In this document: piece by piece, positions 23,400-36,100 of the stretch | Layout of the letters: every line of letters starts with the position of its first letter | Numbering within the stretch: position 1 is the stretch's first letter | NCBI GenBank assembly: GCA_032718475.1 | Contig: JAUCBJ010009018.1 | Location: 1 to 64,000, forward strand | DNA: 64,000 bases | Direction: 5' to 3' | Origin: Nemertoderma westbladi | Lineage: Eukaryota; Animalia; Xenacoelomorpha | Notes under the pieces: generated by a model | The model's database searches: none | What the model saw: only the letters and a program-made list of their open reading frames with translations | Told to the model about the DNA's origin: nothing | Translations under genes and position numbers: made by a program

Positions 23400-26300
23400 A
23401 TGTCTGATACTAAGCAGAACCTGTCAGACAGTTTATTAGATGAAACTATCTGCGACTCAGATAAGGGTGTAGAACCGTCTAGTCCTAAATTCAGTTCACC
23501 TCCCACTGTGAGGAAAGTCATCCCTCCAGTAGTAATAACAGAACCTAGGTTGGTCCAACATCGTAGGTCTATCATAGGCACTCGAGCTCAGGTCAAGCGG
23601 GACCAAGAAGCAGCGGAACAGCAACAACCCGCGAGCCAAGAACTTATTTCTCAGCGGCCCGACAGCTCCAGTAGTGAAGATACTGTAGAACTGACACCCG
23701 AGCGCGGAGCAAAGATGACGGATGCGATTTATTCGGATCCCCTTCTCATCCTTCCTGCAGCCGTACTCACTAGGTTATTGATCGCGGTGGAAGAACACCA
23801 GATCGATTGGGCGAGAAGTAAGCGATCCACTAAAGATCGTTATGAGGGATACACAAGGGAAGAGCTGAAGTCTATGGTCGAGTCGCAATGGAACTTCCCC
23901 GGACCCGGACTCCCATTTGATTTATCAGAAGCTGCCTGGGAAGACATACACCGGATGGGAGTAGCCAAGGAAACCATCGATCCAGCTGTGTGGAAGAGGT
24001 CCGCAGCCGGATACGCACAGGGATTCTTCAGCTCTATGGAGCGAGTAGAAAAACAACTGTTTCAACAACCTCAAGGACCTCAAGAGCAGGGACAACTGCT
24101 TTATCAAGTTAGAGAAAGAATTCTGCGAATCAGGCTAATATTATCAGCCTTTGAAGAGGCTTCTAAAAGAAGACAAGACACGTCGTTGCAAGTTGCCGTA
24201 AAGACTTGGTTTCAACGGGTGAGTCGCCAGGTTCAAGGAACAGCTTAGTGGAAAGCTCAGCTGGAGGAGCGCTCAACCCATGGAGAATCAACGGACGCTA
24301 CTTTTTCCCAAGTGGAAAGTGAAGCGACGGCAGAGAAACCGCATAAGAGGGATGCCATTGACATCTATCTGTCAGACTATCAGCGTTTTTTGGGAGATGA
24401 AGAGTTGAGGAGAAGGCTAGATGGACTTAGCCCTAATAGTGAAGGAGCCCAGCATGTGTTGGATGCAATTGATGTGGATAGGTTAGCGGCGAACCAAGCT
24501 AAATTCGATGAACAACTCCGCATCGCTAGAGACCAAGAAGAACAAGTAAAGAAAAAACGTATAGAAGATAGAAAGACAGCGGCAGTGGCAGCAGCAGTGG
24601 CAGAGGCCGAAGCGGAAAGAAAAGCGGCAGCAGCAGTGGCAGCGGCAGAAGCTGAAAGAAAAGCGGCAGTGGCAGCAGCAGCGGCAGCGGCAGAAGCGGA
24701 AAGAAAAGCGGCAGTGGCAGTGGCAGTGGCAGAGGCCGAAGCGGAAAGGAAAGCGGCATCGGCAGTGGCAGAGGCCGAAGCGGAAAGAAAAGCGGCACTG
24801 GCAACAGCAGAGGCAGTGGCAGAAGCAGAACGGAGGGCATCTGAAGAGGCAACCCAACTAGAGTTGGAAAATCTTCAAGAGAGGCAAGACAACTTCAATA
24901 AACAGTTAACAGCTAGTAATATGCAGATGATGAGTCGATCTACTCCCAAAAGACAGGGGTATACATCATCTGAGGAAGGCGATACTACCGATCCTGAAGG
25001 CGGAGGAAATCGATCTCGCCTAAGCAGACGTAAAAGAATGTCCCACCGTCAAAAATTGCCTGATTTGCTTCCAGCTGTTAGAAGGCAACTAAATAACACC
25101 AACTTAGGTAGTACAGAACCCACAGACCAAATAATTACAATAGAGAGACTCCCTACTATAGTAGATGAGCCTGAAATAATTAGGTCTGTTCCCGAAGCCA
25201 CCCTTTCGGTCGTAGAGACACCTGTACTCCCTGAACCTACCTCTCAATTCCCTTTGCACAGCACTAAGCTACCTGTGCCCAGCAGAACAGCCCATGAGAC
25301 AGTTCATGCCCTGGACTCCGAGCGAAATATTCATGATTTGTCGCCCGTTGTCCCTCGTCCGCCCGCTACAACGTTGGTGAATCCCGCTTCGGCGGTTGAA
25401 TGGGTGGATGAGAGACGACGGGGGATGGATCTCCTGCTCGGACAGATGCAGGAGACCGTTCAGCAATTCAAGGGCACAGTAAGGGAAAGTAGGCTAGAGT
25501 TGCAAGAGGTGCAGCAAAGTATCGCGCTAGAACGCGATAAATTAGTAAATGCACAAAAGGGTATACCACCACCCCCTGTAACTATAGGGTAATTATAGAC
25601 CTGTTGATAATGATATTCCCTATAGACCGGATCATAATCCGAGAAATTTATATACCGATAACTCGATATTAAATAACACGATGGCCCAAGAAAGTTTTAC
25701 GCGTCAAATGGCTAGAACCGAAGCCCGGCAAGCGGTAAAGGTGGGAGAGATCGTCAAGTTCAATGGAGATGAGATGAAATGGTTACCTTTTAATGAATAT
25801 TACAAAGATAACATACAGAACTCCGTGCTATCTAATGGAGAGAAACTTAGATTCCTCATCGAGTGCTTGGAAGGATCTCCCAAGTTAATGGCGTTAAAGT
25901 TTATTGGACATCCAGACGGATTAAGATAAGTTTGGGATACACTAAACATCAGGTATGGTAATAGGAATAACATAGCTGGGTATTTGTATGCAAAGTTGGT
26001 AGCGCCCCGAAAGTTTATTAGCAGCGGAATTATAGAGTTTTCCGATGAGATTCAGGAGATCTGCAGACAATTAGATTGGCTAGGTAAGTCTCATGAGTAT
26101 CAGAATGCTATGGTTATTAGAGCAGTGGCTTCTACTTTACCGAAGGGTGGAGTAGGTACACGCTGGGATAAGAAAGTGCTATATATGATGGAACAACAAC
26201 GACGAGACCCTACCATGGCTGATCTCATGTCATTCCTAGATGGAGAAGTGAAATTACAGCTCCTGAAACTGTCCAGAGAGAAGACACCGGAAAACAAGGT

Positions 26301-27751
26301 AAGTGAAAAACCCGTCGCTAGGAGAAAGGTAACCCCAGTGTGTTATACAGATGATGGCGAAAGCCAGACTTCTCAAGGAGAAGATAGCGGGAAAGACACT
26401 GATAGATCTTATTACGTAAATAAAATGCCTAAAGATCAGGTAAGTAAATTCAAGTCTCGAACAAATGACAGGAGAGAACAGGTAAGAAAAACTCCTCCTA
26501 CGTCTCCCAAGAGAATTCAGGTGAGAAAGCCCGAAGAAAAAACAAGTGTACACAATGTTACACAGAGTAAGGTAAGTAACATCAAACCGAAATGTGTGCT
26601 ATGTGATGGGACCCATCGCTTAAATATGTGTGATGAATTTCTAAAGAAATCATTAACTGAGAGACGTGAAGTCATGTGGGACAAGCGGTTGTGCTATAAT
26701 TGCCTCAGACAAGGACACCAACGGCGAACCTGTTACTCTGACACAAGATGTGCCAAGTGCGGTGCGAAACATCATATCTTGTTGCACACTGAATTCGAGC
26801 GAAATAGTCTGAGTCAGGTAAGTGATTCCGAACTACATGTCCAATTCAGTGATGTGAACGACACTGATCAATCTGAGATGGAAGGATTCTATACGGACGA
26901 GTTCTCCGACGAAAACGAATCCTGTTACATGATAAATACCACAGTGTATCGAGCACTCATCTATGAAAAAGATACAGACATTGACCTCGCTCTAACCACT
27001 TCTGATCGACAACCATTTTGGAAAGCGCCAACTTCCAATGTAGGGATTAGAGAATTTCCTGTGGTACAGGTAAGGGTCCACGGACCGAAAAGGAGTTATG
27101 TAGTGAACGCCCTCCTTGACTCCGGTAGTACAGGAACATTCATCGACAAAGAGCTAGCCAAAGACATATTCGCTGGACAACCCAAGTTCCGAACTAAGCT
27201 AAACATGTCAGGAATTATGCAAGTTTGGAAATCCACAGTAACCGCGGATTATTATGTAGGTGCGTTGTCCACCCCCCAGGACGAACTAGGAGAACATAGC
27301 ATAAGGTCAGTGAAAATTGTGGCTATAAAGAACTTCGCTACTACTCAAGCAGACCTTTATAATTGGGACGAGGATGAGAGCATCCAACATCTTAAGATAC
27401 CTCGATTCCAGACAGATTATCCTGGAGTGCAAATACTCATCGGTCAAATGCGCATGAAGCGATCGAGACGTTAGAGAAACGACCTGCTCAACCGCAACCT
27501 CTACAAGTTTATGCGGGAAGAACTAGAGTAGGTTGGTACTTTACTGGCCCTTCCCGTAGAACTCTAATGGAAAGATTACGGTACCTAAAGAGCAGGTATA
27601 CCAAGCGCGAGAATGGGAAGTTGAGAACAGTGAGTTCGACGATCCAACTGAGGGAACTCCATACTCCTCAGACAACGACGATATACATCAACTTTTTGAT
27701 GAGAAGAATGCCATCGATCTCCTTAAGGAAAGCGAGACTTGGCAAAATCAA
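23400..27751 (+). pseudogene. gag: Disrupted gag-protease region of element B
   Basis: Collinear with the ORF of element A. Lesions: stops at 24246-24248 and 25927-25929, a frameshifting deletion near 25585, a 1-bp loss near 27448 and a 5-bp insertion at 27579-27583. Knuckles and ALLDSGS are present. Confidence 0.9.
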
Positions 27752-30700
27752 GTGAACTTATGTCAACTCCTTCTCCCATCTGAGCGAGACGACTATAACG
27801 ACGAGCTTAATGACGTCATTGAACGTTATAATGCCAAGACTCGGGATGAACACGCCGTGAGATTCTTTACTCAAGAGGTCGTAGATCCCAACTCCTACGA
27901 TAAGGCCCTATCGGTGGAGGAAGAAAGAGCCAAGCAGATCCAAGCGATAACTACTCGTTTTCTTAAAGATCAAGGTAGGTATGAGATCGGACTTCCTTTC
28001 CGAAAGCGAGAACCAAAGTTCATTAACAACAGACCTTTGGCTGAGAAAAGAATTGCTCAACTACATCGACGCCTTACGGCAAATTCTTCAGCTAAAGAAA
28101 TGTATAAAACACAGTTGAAGAAGTTTATTAGCAAGGGATATGCGGAGCTAGTACCGGAAGAAACACCCATAACTGAGAGAACGTATTATTTAACTCACCA
28201 TTACGTTCCCAAACCCGGTAAACCCCATGAAGTACGAGTGGTGTTCGACGGCTCCGCCCTCTATATGGGCCAATCCCTTAATTCTGAATTGTTACCCGGA
28301 CCCAACTTACTCCAATCCTTGTTGGGAATATTATTAAGGTTAAGACAATACTCCATTGCTTTCGCCTCAGATATAGAAGGCATGTTCTTACAAGTCAAAG
28401 CGCTGGATAGGGATCGAGATAGCCTACGATTTTTGTGGTGGCCTGAAGGAGACCTCAATAAGAAACCGGTGGAGTACTGGATGACCATCCAAGCTTTTGG
28501 GATAATCTCGAGCCCTTCAAACGCCTGTTCCGTGGTGCGCACCACTGCGGATGACAACCGAGACGCCTTCTCTAAAGAAGTGATCGACAATATCAAACGA
28601 GACATCTACATGGACGATAATCTGAAGTCCCTTCCATCAGTCGAAGAAGCCATTGAGGTCGCTAAAGGAACGGTAGAATGCTTAAAGAAGGGTGGATTTC
28701 GATTAACTAAATTCACCAGCAACTCCCGTGAGTTTCTGGAGTCGATCCCGGTAGAAGATCGAGGAACAAAAGACCTAGATCTAATAAAGGATGATCTCCC
28801 AGAAACTAAGACCCTTGGTTTGAAATGGGACACAGAAATAGATATCCTGTTTTTCCAACTAAAACAGCGAGATAATCCAGTTCGGACTAAACGGATTTGT
28901 TTAAGTATCCTGAGCACTTATTTCGATCCATTGGGATTTATTAGCCCAGTTATATTAATTGCTCGGAGTTTAGTACAACAAATGTGGCTTGAAAACCACT
29001 CATGGGACGATCCACTTAAGGGAGAATTATTAAAGAAGTGGATGAAATGGGAAGATTCTCTACCAGCCATCGAAAACTTCATAATTTCCCGTTCATATTT
29101 TGGTCATGTTCTCCCTACGTATTCATATCAACTCCATGTGTTTGGAGACGCCAGCGATATGGGAATCGGTATAGTAGCCTACCTCAGGGTGGAAACTCCG
29201 GACGGAATTAAAGTCGCCTTGGTTACCTCTAAGGCATTAATAAACAACAAGTTGAAAGTTCCTCGAGCGGAGTTAAAAGCGGCTCTATACGCTACAGCCA
29301 TCAGCCGGAATGTAACAGAACAGATCGACTATCCCCTGGAGAAAATTGTCTATTGGACCGACGCTTTACTCGTGTTGGAGTATATAACCAATGAAGTCTG
29401 TCAGTTCAGCGTCTTCATTACCAACAGAGTAGCTATTATACTCAGTCGCACGACGATGGATCAATGGAGACATTGCCCCGGAACGATTAATCCAGCGGAC
29501 ATCGCTTCCAGGGGAGCAACTCCACAAGAACTGGTAGATACTCCAGACTGGTTAGGTGGACCCGACTTCCTCTACAAAGAAGAAGAAGAATGGCCTCCTC
29601 ATCTTACTACAGCAGAAATTAGACAGGCCAAGGGAGCGGAGAAAGTCAAACCTAAAACTCAGGCGAGTAAATCGAAGTTATTCAAACCCACAGTAGATCT
29701 GTCTGTACTACATACTTCCGGAGACGACGCTTTGGATCAGAAACCCACAGCCACAAATAAACTCGTTGTGGAAATCCGTGATAAGGATTGGAAATCTGGC
29801 ATACCAGACGTCTCGCAAGGACTCTCACCCCTTCTGCAGAGAGCGATACATCACTACAGTTCTTGGAATCGGCTTTGTAAGGCCGTTACATATTTAAAGA
29901 GATGTTTTCACCATCACTACTCTGGGATGAAAACAAAGGGTGATACCGCTCCAATCACATCAGTGCAGGTCCATGTTATTAAAGACCTCCCTAAATATAA
30001 GGTACCCGACAAGTTTCTGAAGGAGAAGATCAGTTATCAGGAGCATGAAGAAACCAACAAACAGTTGCTGAGACTCTTACAATGCTATGAAGATTCCGAT
30101 AAGTATTTCCTGTTGTTGAGAAATCCACAGATGCGCTTAAGGGATCGTTTCTCTAGCACAATGATAGATGGGTTGATACGTGTTGGAGGAAGGTTAACGA
30201 ATGCCCCATTATCCTTTGATACTAAGTTCCCCATACTCATTAGAAATCTTGAAATACAAGTCAAGATGATTGTAGATGTTCACAGCAAACTTTATCATGC
30301 TGGTAGAGAACGAGTTCTTAGCGAAATTCGAACTCGCTATTATTTTTATAAACCCCGTAGAGCTCTGAACCAAGTTCTTAGGAACTGTATACCCTGTAGG
30401 AAAGCATTCAGTAGGCCTTTAACACAGAGAGAGGCAGAATTACCTAGGGAACGAGTAAGCTTTTATGAACCACCCTTTACTAATACCGGCGTGGATTTAT
30501 TTGGCCCTATTGAAGTATATCGTGCTAGGACTATAGTCAAGAGATGGTGTGTAATCTTTGTTTGTATGACTTGTAGAGCCATCCATCTCGATATGGTGAA
30601 CGATTTATCTACCAACAGCTTTCTATTAAGCTTACGACGACAGATCGCTCGCTTTGGCACTAGTAACACGATGAGATCTGATAAGGGAACAAACTTCATT

Positions 30701-31492
30701 GGTGCCAACAATGAAATCAAAGCTTACGTCAAAGATTGGAACCAAAGACAGGTGGACGACCAACTACGAGTAACAGCGTCTAGTTGGACCTTCAACGCCG
30801 CCGACGCCCCTTGGTGGGGAGGAAGTTGGGAAAGATTAATAAGAAGCGTGAAGACAGCATTTCATTTTATAGTGCCTTGCCGCGCTTATCTCACCGACGA
30901 ACTTTTGCGGACGTTAATGGAAGAAATCGCCGCCTATCTCAACGAGAGACCGCTTATGCCAGTCTCATCGAGTCCCGATTCCCTGGAAGCGCTAACACCC
31001 GCGCACTTCCTACTGAAGAAACCTGTAGCCATGCTCCCACAATCGGAAATCACAGACGGAGACGAATACTGCCGACAAACTTGGCAACTCATGCAGTTGT
31101 TATCCCGTCGTTTCGCTGACCATTTCGAAAAACATTATCTGCCCACGCTACAACTTCGAACTAAGTGGTTTGCGCAGCAAGAAAACGTCAGCGCTGGAGA
31201 CATGGTGCTTATTGTGGATGTGGATCTTCCACATAAGCGGTGGCAGACAGGTCGTATAATCGAGACGCATATCTCGGATGACGGTTTGGTGCGATCGGTA
31301 GAACTCGTCGTCATGCGACGTAACTTCAAGAAACCGGGAATTGTCTTCGAGACGCAGCAGCTCAATCGCCCGGTGGGACGTTTATGTTTACTGGAAAGAG
31401 ACAGAGAACTCTCCGGAAACTATGGGAGACAAGATACTCTTCCCACGACCACCTCCCTAATCCAACAAACATCTAGGGACTCCCCAACTTAA
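27752..31492 (+). CDS. pol: Pol: reverse transcriptase, RNase H and integrase (open frame, normally the C-terminal part of Gag-Pol)
   Basis: RT: RVVFDGS, SDIEGMF, YMDD. RNase H: FGDAS, PRAELKA, WTD, NPADIASRG. Integrase: H-x4-H...CIPC, GVDLFGP, SDKGTNF, GGSWERL (DDE). Confidence 0.95.
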   Translation: MNLCQLLLPSERDDYNDELNDVIERYNAKTRDEHAVRFFTQEVVDPNSYDKALSVEEERAKQIQAITTRFLKDQGRYEIGLPFRKREPKFINNRPLAEKRIAQLHRRLTANSSAKEMYKTQLKKFISKGYAELVPEETPITERTYYLTHHYVPKPGKPHEVRVVFDGSALYMGQSLNSELLPGPNLLQSLLGILLRLRQYSIAFASDIEGMFLQVKALDRDRDSLRFLWWPEGDLNKKPVEYWMTIQAFGIISSPSNACSVVRTTADDNRDAFSKEVIDNIKRDIYMDDNLKSLPSVEEAIEVAKGTVECLKKGGFRLTKFTSNSREFLESIPVEDRGTKDLDLIKDDLPETKTLGLKWDTEIDILFFQLKQRDNPVRTKRICLSILSTYFDPLGFISPVILIARSLVQQMWLENHSWDDPLKGELLKKWMKWEDSLPAIENFIISRSYFGHVLPTYSYQLHVFGDASDMGIGIVAYLRVETPDGIKVALVTSKALINNKLKVPRAELKAALYATAISRNVTEQIDYPLEKIVYWTDALLVLEYITNEVCQFSVFITNRVAIILSRTTMDQWRHCPGTINPADIASRGATPQELVDTPDWLGGPDFLYKEEEEWPPHLTTAEIRQAKGAEKVKPKTQASKSKLFKPTVDLSVLHTSGDDALDQKPTATNKLVVEIRDKDWKSGIPDVSQGLSPLLQRAIHHYSSWNRLCKAVTYLKRCFHHHYSGMKTKGDTAPITSVQVHVIKDLPKYKVPDKFLKEKISYQEHEETNKQLLRLLQCYEDSDKYFLLLRNPQMRLRDRFSSTMIDGLIRVGGRLTNAPLSFDTKFPILIRNLEIQVKMIVDVHSKLYHAGRERVLSEIRTRYYFYKPRRALNQVLRNCIPCRKAFSRPLTQREAELPRERVSFYEPPFTNTGVDLFGPIEVYRARTIVKRWCVIFVCMTCRAIHLDMVNDLSTNSFLLSLRRQIARFGTSNTMRSDKGTNFIGANNEIKAYVKDWNQRQVDDQLRVTASSWTFNAADAPWWGGSWERLIRSVKTAFHFIVPCRAYLTDELLRTLMEEIAAYLNERPLMPVSSSPDSLEALTPAHFLLKKPVAMLPQSEITDGDEYCRQTWQLMQLLSRRFADHFEKHYLPTLQLRTKWFAQQENVSAGDMVLIVDVDLPHKRWQTGRIIETHISDDGLVRSVELVVMRRNFKKPGIVFETQQLNRPVGRLCLLERDRELSGNYGRQDTLPTTTSLIQQTSRDSPT

Positions 31493-32049
31493 AATGGCTG
31501 GAGTGGGTGTGTGACCATATTATTTTATATTTGTATTTGTTTTATTTTTATATTTATGTATGTATTATTATGTAATTTTATTTTAATCGTTTTATTTAAT
31601 TTTATTTAGTAGTATGGTATTTTAGAGATTATTTAGTAGATTAGTGCAATATATATTCGCGTTTATTATTTAATTACGTATATTATATATTTAGTGCGAC
31701 GGCGAGAAATAATTATTTTTCTCTTTCCTTACTGTCCGTATCATATTATAAATACGTGACTACAGTAAGATGAAATCTTCGTACTTATTAAAGTACAATA
31801 AAGCCACTACTATATTCAAGTATTATTGGTAGGCAGAGTATTAGGAATGCAAAGTTCAGATCCTCGTGTCTCGGCTAAACCAAGCTCTGGGTAGACCTTG
31901 GAAACGACTTGCCTCTTCACACTGACATTGCTTCGTGCGATATTGCTCTCATACCGTATATTAAATAATACATATAGTAGCGTGATGTCCCTTTAACAGT
32001 AGCGTATAACTAACGCAAAATAAATCTGTTAAACCCTTTGACCATCTGT

Positions 32050-32320
32050 AATTCTAGTCGATTAAGATATCGCGGCACCCACCGATATACTTGAAAGACA
32101 AATTTCTAGAATCAATGGTTAACGTCCCCAGACAAGTTCTGGAATAAACTGGTGCCCATCCTAAATATTAATTATTAATATTTACAAAAATCTGTCAAAT
32201 ATCAGGTCCTTTAAAATTCTAGTCGATTAAGATATCGTAGCACTTACCGATACTCTTAAAAGGACAAAATTCCTAGAATTAAGGATCCTATGTCCCCAGA
32301 CCTGCTCTGGAATCAAATTG
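32050..32320 (+). repeat. Duplicated block (about 165-bp period) in the pol-ORF3 spacer
   Basis: AATTCTAGTCGATTAAGATATCG..GCAC..ACCGATA...GTCCCCAGAC occurs twice, and is also duplicated in element A (about 9130-9390). Confidence 0.8.
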
Positions 32321-33137
32321 TGTCTATTTAACATTAAATAATCAAATTTACGGGAATAAATTTAAATTCATATATTTCAATGAATTAATAAATTGTCATT
32401 TTATACAATTTATAACATTCCCAAAATTCCATTAATTAATAGATCATGGGAGCGGAGATTCACTCTATTAAGTGTATTTGTGTGCGAGAATCTCCAATGT
32501 ATAGTCAATAGCCGATAAAATTCATAAAATCATGTATAAAGGGGATATTGACCATTAAAGAATTACTATTAAATAGCATCCCAGATCTGTATGCATGAGA
32601 ATTACCCTAATTCTACCGCTAGCTTTCCATAATGTCACCATGGCAACAACCACGCTAGAATTAGAAGTGAGTTAAAAGAACAATAGAAAGCATGCCCCAT
32701 TGAATAGCATAGGGAATAAATAGCGCACTGCTAGTACCCAAGGATACATAATAAATACAGTGACATTCTGGAAGGTACTGACTAACGGACAAATGGCCCG
32801 AATGTGTGCAGTTTGTTGCAGTTGTGTTGAATTTGTGCGTTTGTAGGTGAATGTTACTACTAAGGTGTGTTTACAGTAGCGAGTCGCAATTGTGAAAGTA
32901 ACCCTAACTCTCCAAGAAGAACCTGCAGTACATCTAAGCCTTTGGGACGGACAGTGAAGTGACTTGTGCCGGTTATCGTTGTCGTTGTGTAGCTACATCG
33001 TTGGCGAAAGCACAGCGACGACGGTACATCGGCGCTGAGGATCTTACACTGTCCGGGGGCAAAAGAGGGGTAGGCAGCGACGCCTGCTAGCCTAATATAT
33101 ATAAACTCATTATAATATTGATAAACTCATAGCAGAT

Positions 33138-36100
33138 ATGACTGAGTTGATAGAAGATGATCTTGGTATCAGGGAGCGATATACTCTACCTTTACAAGCA
33201 TTTGTCGATAGCTTGATACGCGGCGACGCTGGTCCAACTACTACGGAGGATGATGGTCGTTATATCGAACCGCCGATGTCCCCGGAGCAACTTACGCGTG
33301 AATTGGACTATAGAAAGTTCACCGCTCGCTATACGCATCGTAATGGTACGTATATGGACTTCTTAACTACCGGCCACCCTATCGATTTACACGATACGGA
33401 CGATGTGGATACCGAAAGGGAAATGGTTTTATTTAAATATCACACCCAACGGAATCGGAACGATAAGCCAAGAATAGAACACGAGAACTCTATTCGAAAC
33501 AGACTCGAAAGAGAAGACGTTGAAGAGCCGGATAAACGCAACGACTTCAACGATTATCTGGAATTCTTGAGAGAAACATACCTCAATATTGCCAGTCAAC
33601 AAAATCTCGAAACTCGATATCCTCAAGGTATACATCATGATCCTATGATAGAACTCAAGCGACTCTATTTCACTATGATGTATCTTACCGCCGATCGACC
33701 GCTACCTGTTGTCCCAGATAGCTTCGAACAGATGGAGGAATATTGTAAAACTGGAGAACGATCACCCGCGTTTCCTCTGCAGGACATGCGTCTTTGGTAT
33801 TACTGTGACGAATGCCCTAGACCCAATCAGCAAACGGAAAGACATAAACATCCGCGGAGACATTGCGCTAAACACAGTTTTACACGATATACTTACGGGA
33901 GTTTCGAGCGAAACCTGTTCGACGTGTCCCCTGCGGTCGCTCGACTCAAGCGATCCTTGAACAAACCGATGATCAGAGTTCCGGAATACTCGGTCAGACC
34001 TCCGCATTCCTCAGTTAGACCTCAAACTCTTGACCCTAATAGTATCACGGATCCTCCCGAACTGTACTCACTGTTCAAAGATCTAGTGTTACCCGAACAG
34101 TTGATCGGTGGCACTCCGGTAGTAGGCTCACGAGACATTCGCCAACCCTACCTAGCTGGATTGGGACGTGGTCATCTAATATCGCCGTTTAACCCATACA
34201 ACCGTCCCGGCTTCACCTCTATCCAACCCGCTACGGAAGTCGAAGAGAGCGTCGTACGAAACGCATTAGACGCTATTCGGCAGAAAATCGGAAAGGGAAC
34301 GTACGATTGTTTGGAGAAGCGTAAATTGCAGCAACAAGTCCAAGCGGTGAAGGAATTAGCTTTACCCCAGTTCGATAGAGAAATACAAAATCTCGAGGAG
34401 GACATCGAACGTGGACGAACCTACTCTTTACAAGAGTTTCTAGATGAGCGTCTACAACAACAAGCGGAGGAGAATCAGCTCGAGGAGAGACATATAGAAC
34501 TGGATGAGAGAGAAGAAGCGGCTTTAGCTCAACCCGAAGCGCAAATCCTTATGACGGATCTCTACTCTAAAACCATTCTTCATCCCTCGATGGTTCCCCA
34601 TTTCGGAGACAAACTTTTTGCGACGGCACAACCCCAACCGGTTGATATCAACCTAAGATCTCGCGATCTTATCGCCGACGCTCCTCTGTTGCAGCGTCCG
34701 CCCATCGAACCCGCTCGTGTCGATGGTATACTCGTTGAACCTCCGGACAATAGAGCAGATCTTGTCCGTCGCATGGTACACGATGTAAACATACGCGCTA
34801 GACCTTTACCGGACTCGTTTTATGGGATCAAAGATCACCCTTATTACGTCAATCTAAAACAATATTACATGGTAAAACCGAAAGATCCTACACATAGTCT
34901 GAAGTTTCTACCGTTAATAAATCCTCTCGATCTTGTCGAACTCGAACAACTGCAGAAACATCTGGATCAGTTAGTTAAAGTAAACTCGTTTCGAAAACCA
35001 TATAATGTTTCCAGAATAGAGAAAGAAACAATACCTCCGTATAATCTTGATGGATTCATCAAAACTCGTTTAGTGCACTGGAATCTTGATGTGTTATTCG
35101 AGGAGGAAAGAATACAACGATATGGAGATGTGGAAACATATACCACACAATGTTTAAAGTATAAAGACCTGCCTAATGCTAGCGAATGTGCTACCTTGTG
35201 GCATCCTGTGGGAATGACACTCGAAAACGCCACTAAAGAGTGGAACGAAACTCTTAACGTTATCGAGATGTATGGAGTTGTCACTTACGATAACGAAGGT
35301 AGCGTTCCGGTTGGAGAACTTGGAACTACGCGGATGATACACATACGAGGACTCGCTGGTTCTACCCACGTATTTACTCGAGCGTGTTCCGACGTTATTG
35401 ATTATTCTTTTGAAACTCTTACTGAGATACAAAAGAAACTCCGACATGGACAATTTGAACTCGCGCAGCGTTACGTCACCGACACCGAGCGCAAGCCGGC
35501 TATGGGTATCGATGGATCGATGTTACCCCAACCCGTGCTCGAGATGCTGTTTAACGAAGGAATCCTTAAAATCGGCTCAGCTGTTTATGGAGACCTACAG
35601 AACGACTTTCGGAATATGGAGAACATTCCATACCCCTTCGTTGATACTCAGCTGATTGCTCCTTGGGCAGAAGGCCGAGGTTTCTTCCGCACTACGTATG
35701 CCAATACACCCAGCGGAATTACCAAAGTACAACGAACCTCCATCGGACATCTTGCCTTTCAAGAATACGGATGGAATTTCAAGGTTGGAAATCCTATAAA
35801 TTACCAACAAGTATACGGAGATCATTATTCTCGTTTATACTTTGATGGACCATTGACCGCACCTGGCGCCGTGTATAGCTTTATGAGTGTTCCACTTCGT
35901 CCCTCCTTAGCTATATACACGATCTTTGAAAACGCAGCACTTGCCGGTTGGCTAGCCGATGTGTGCAGTCGTACCATACGCGCCCATCCCTTAGTACTTG
36001 GAACCAAACTCGCCAAGTTAGATGAACACAATAAATTCATCCGCTTTGAATGTTTCAAGCGCTTTCTGACTCCGTTCCGTAACGTTGATAGTCAGTTCAA

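Noticed and set aside
24246-24248. Programmed stop-codon readthrough in gag
   Set aside because: The homologous region in element C (ORF 54001-54636) is open across this point and B has several other lesions, so a nonsense mutation is more likely.
24483-24857. Cys-rich and Leu/Pro-rich antisense ORFs (also 13138-13832)
   Set aside because: Shadow frames of the low-complexity AEAERKAA and VESE repeats in gag.
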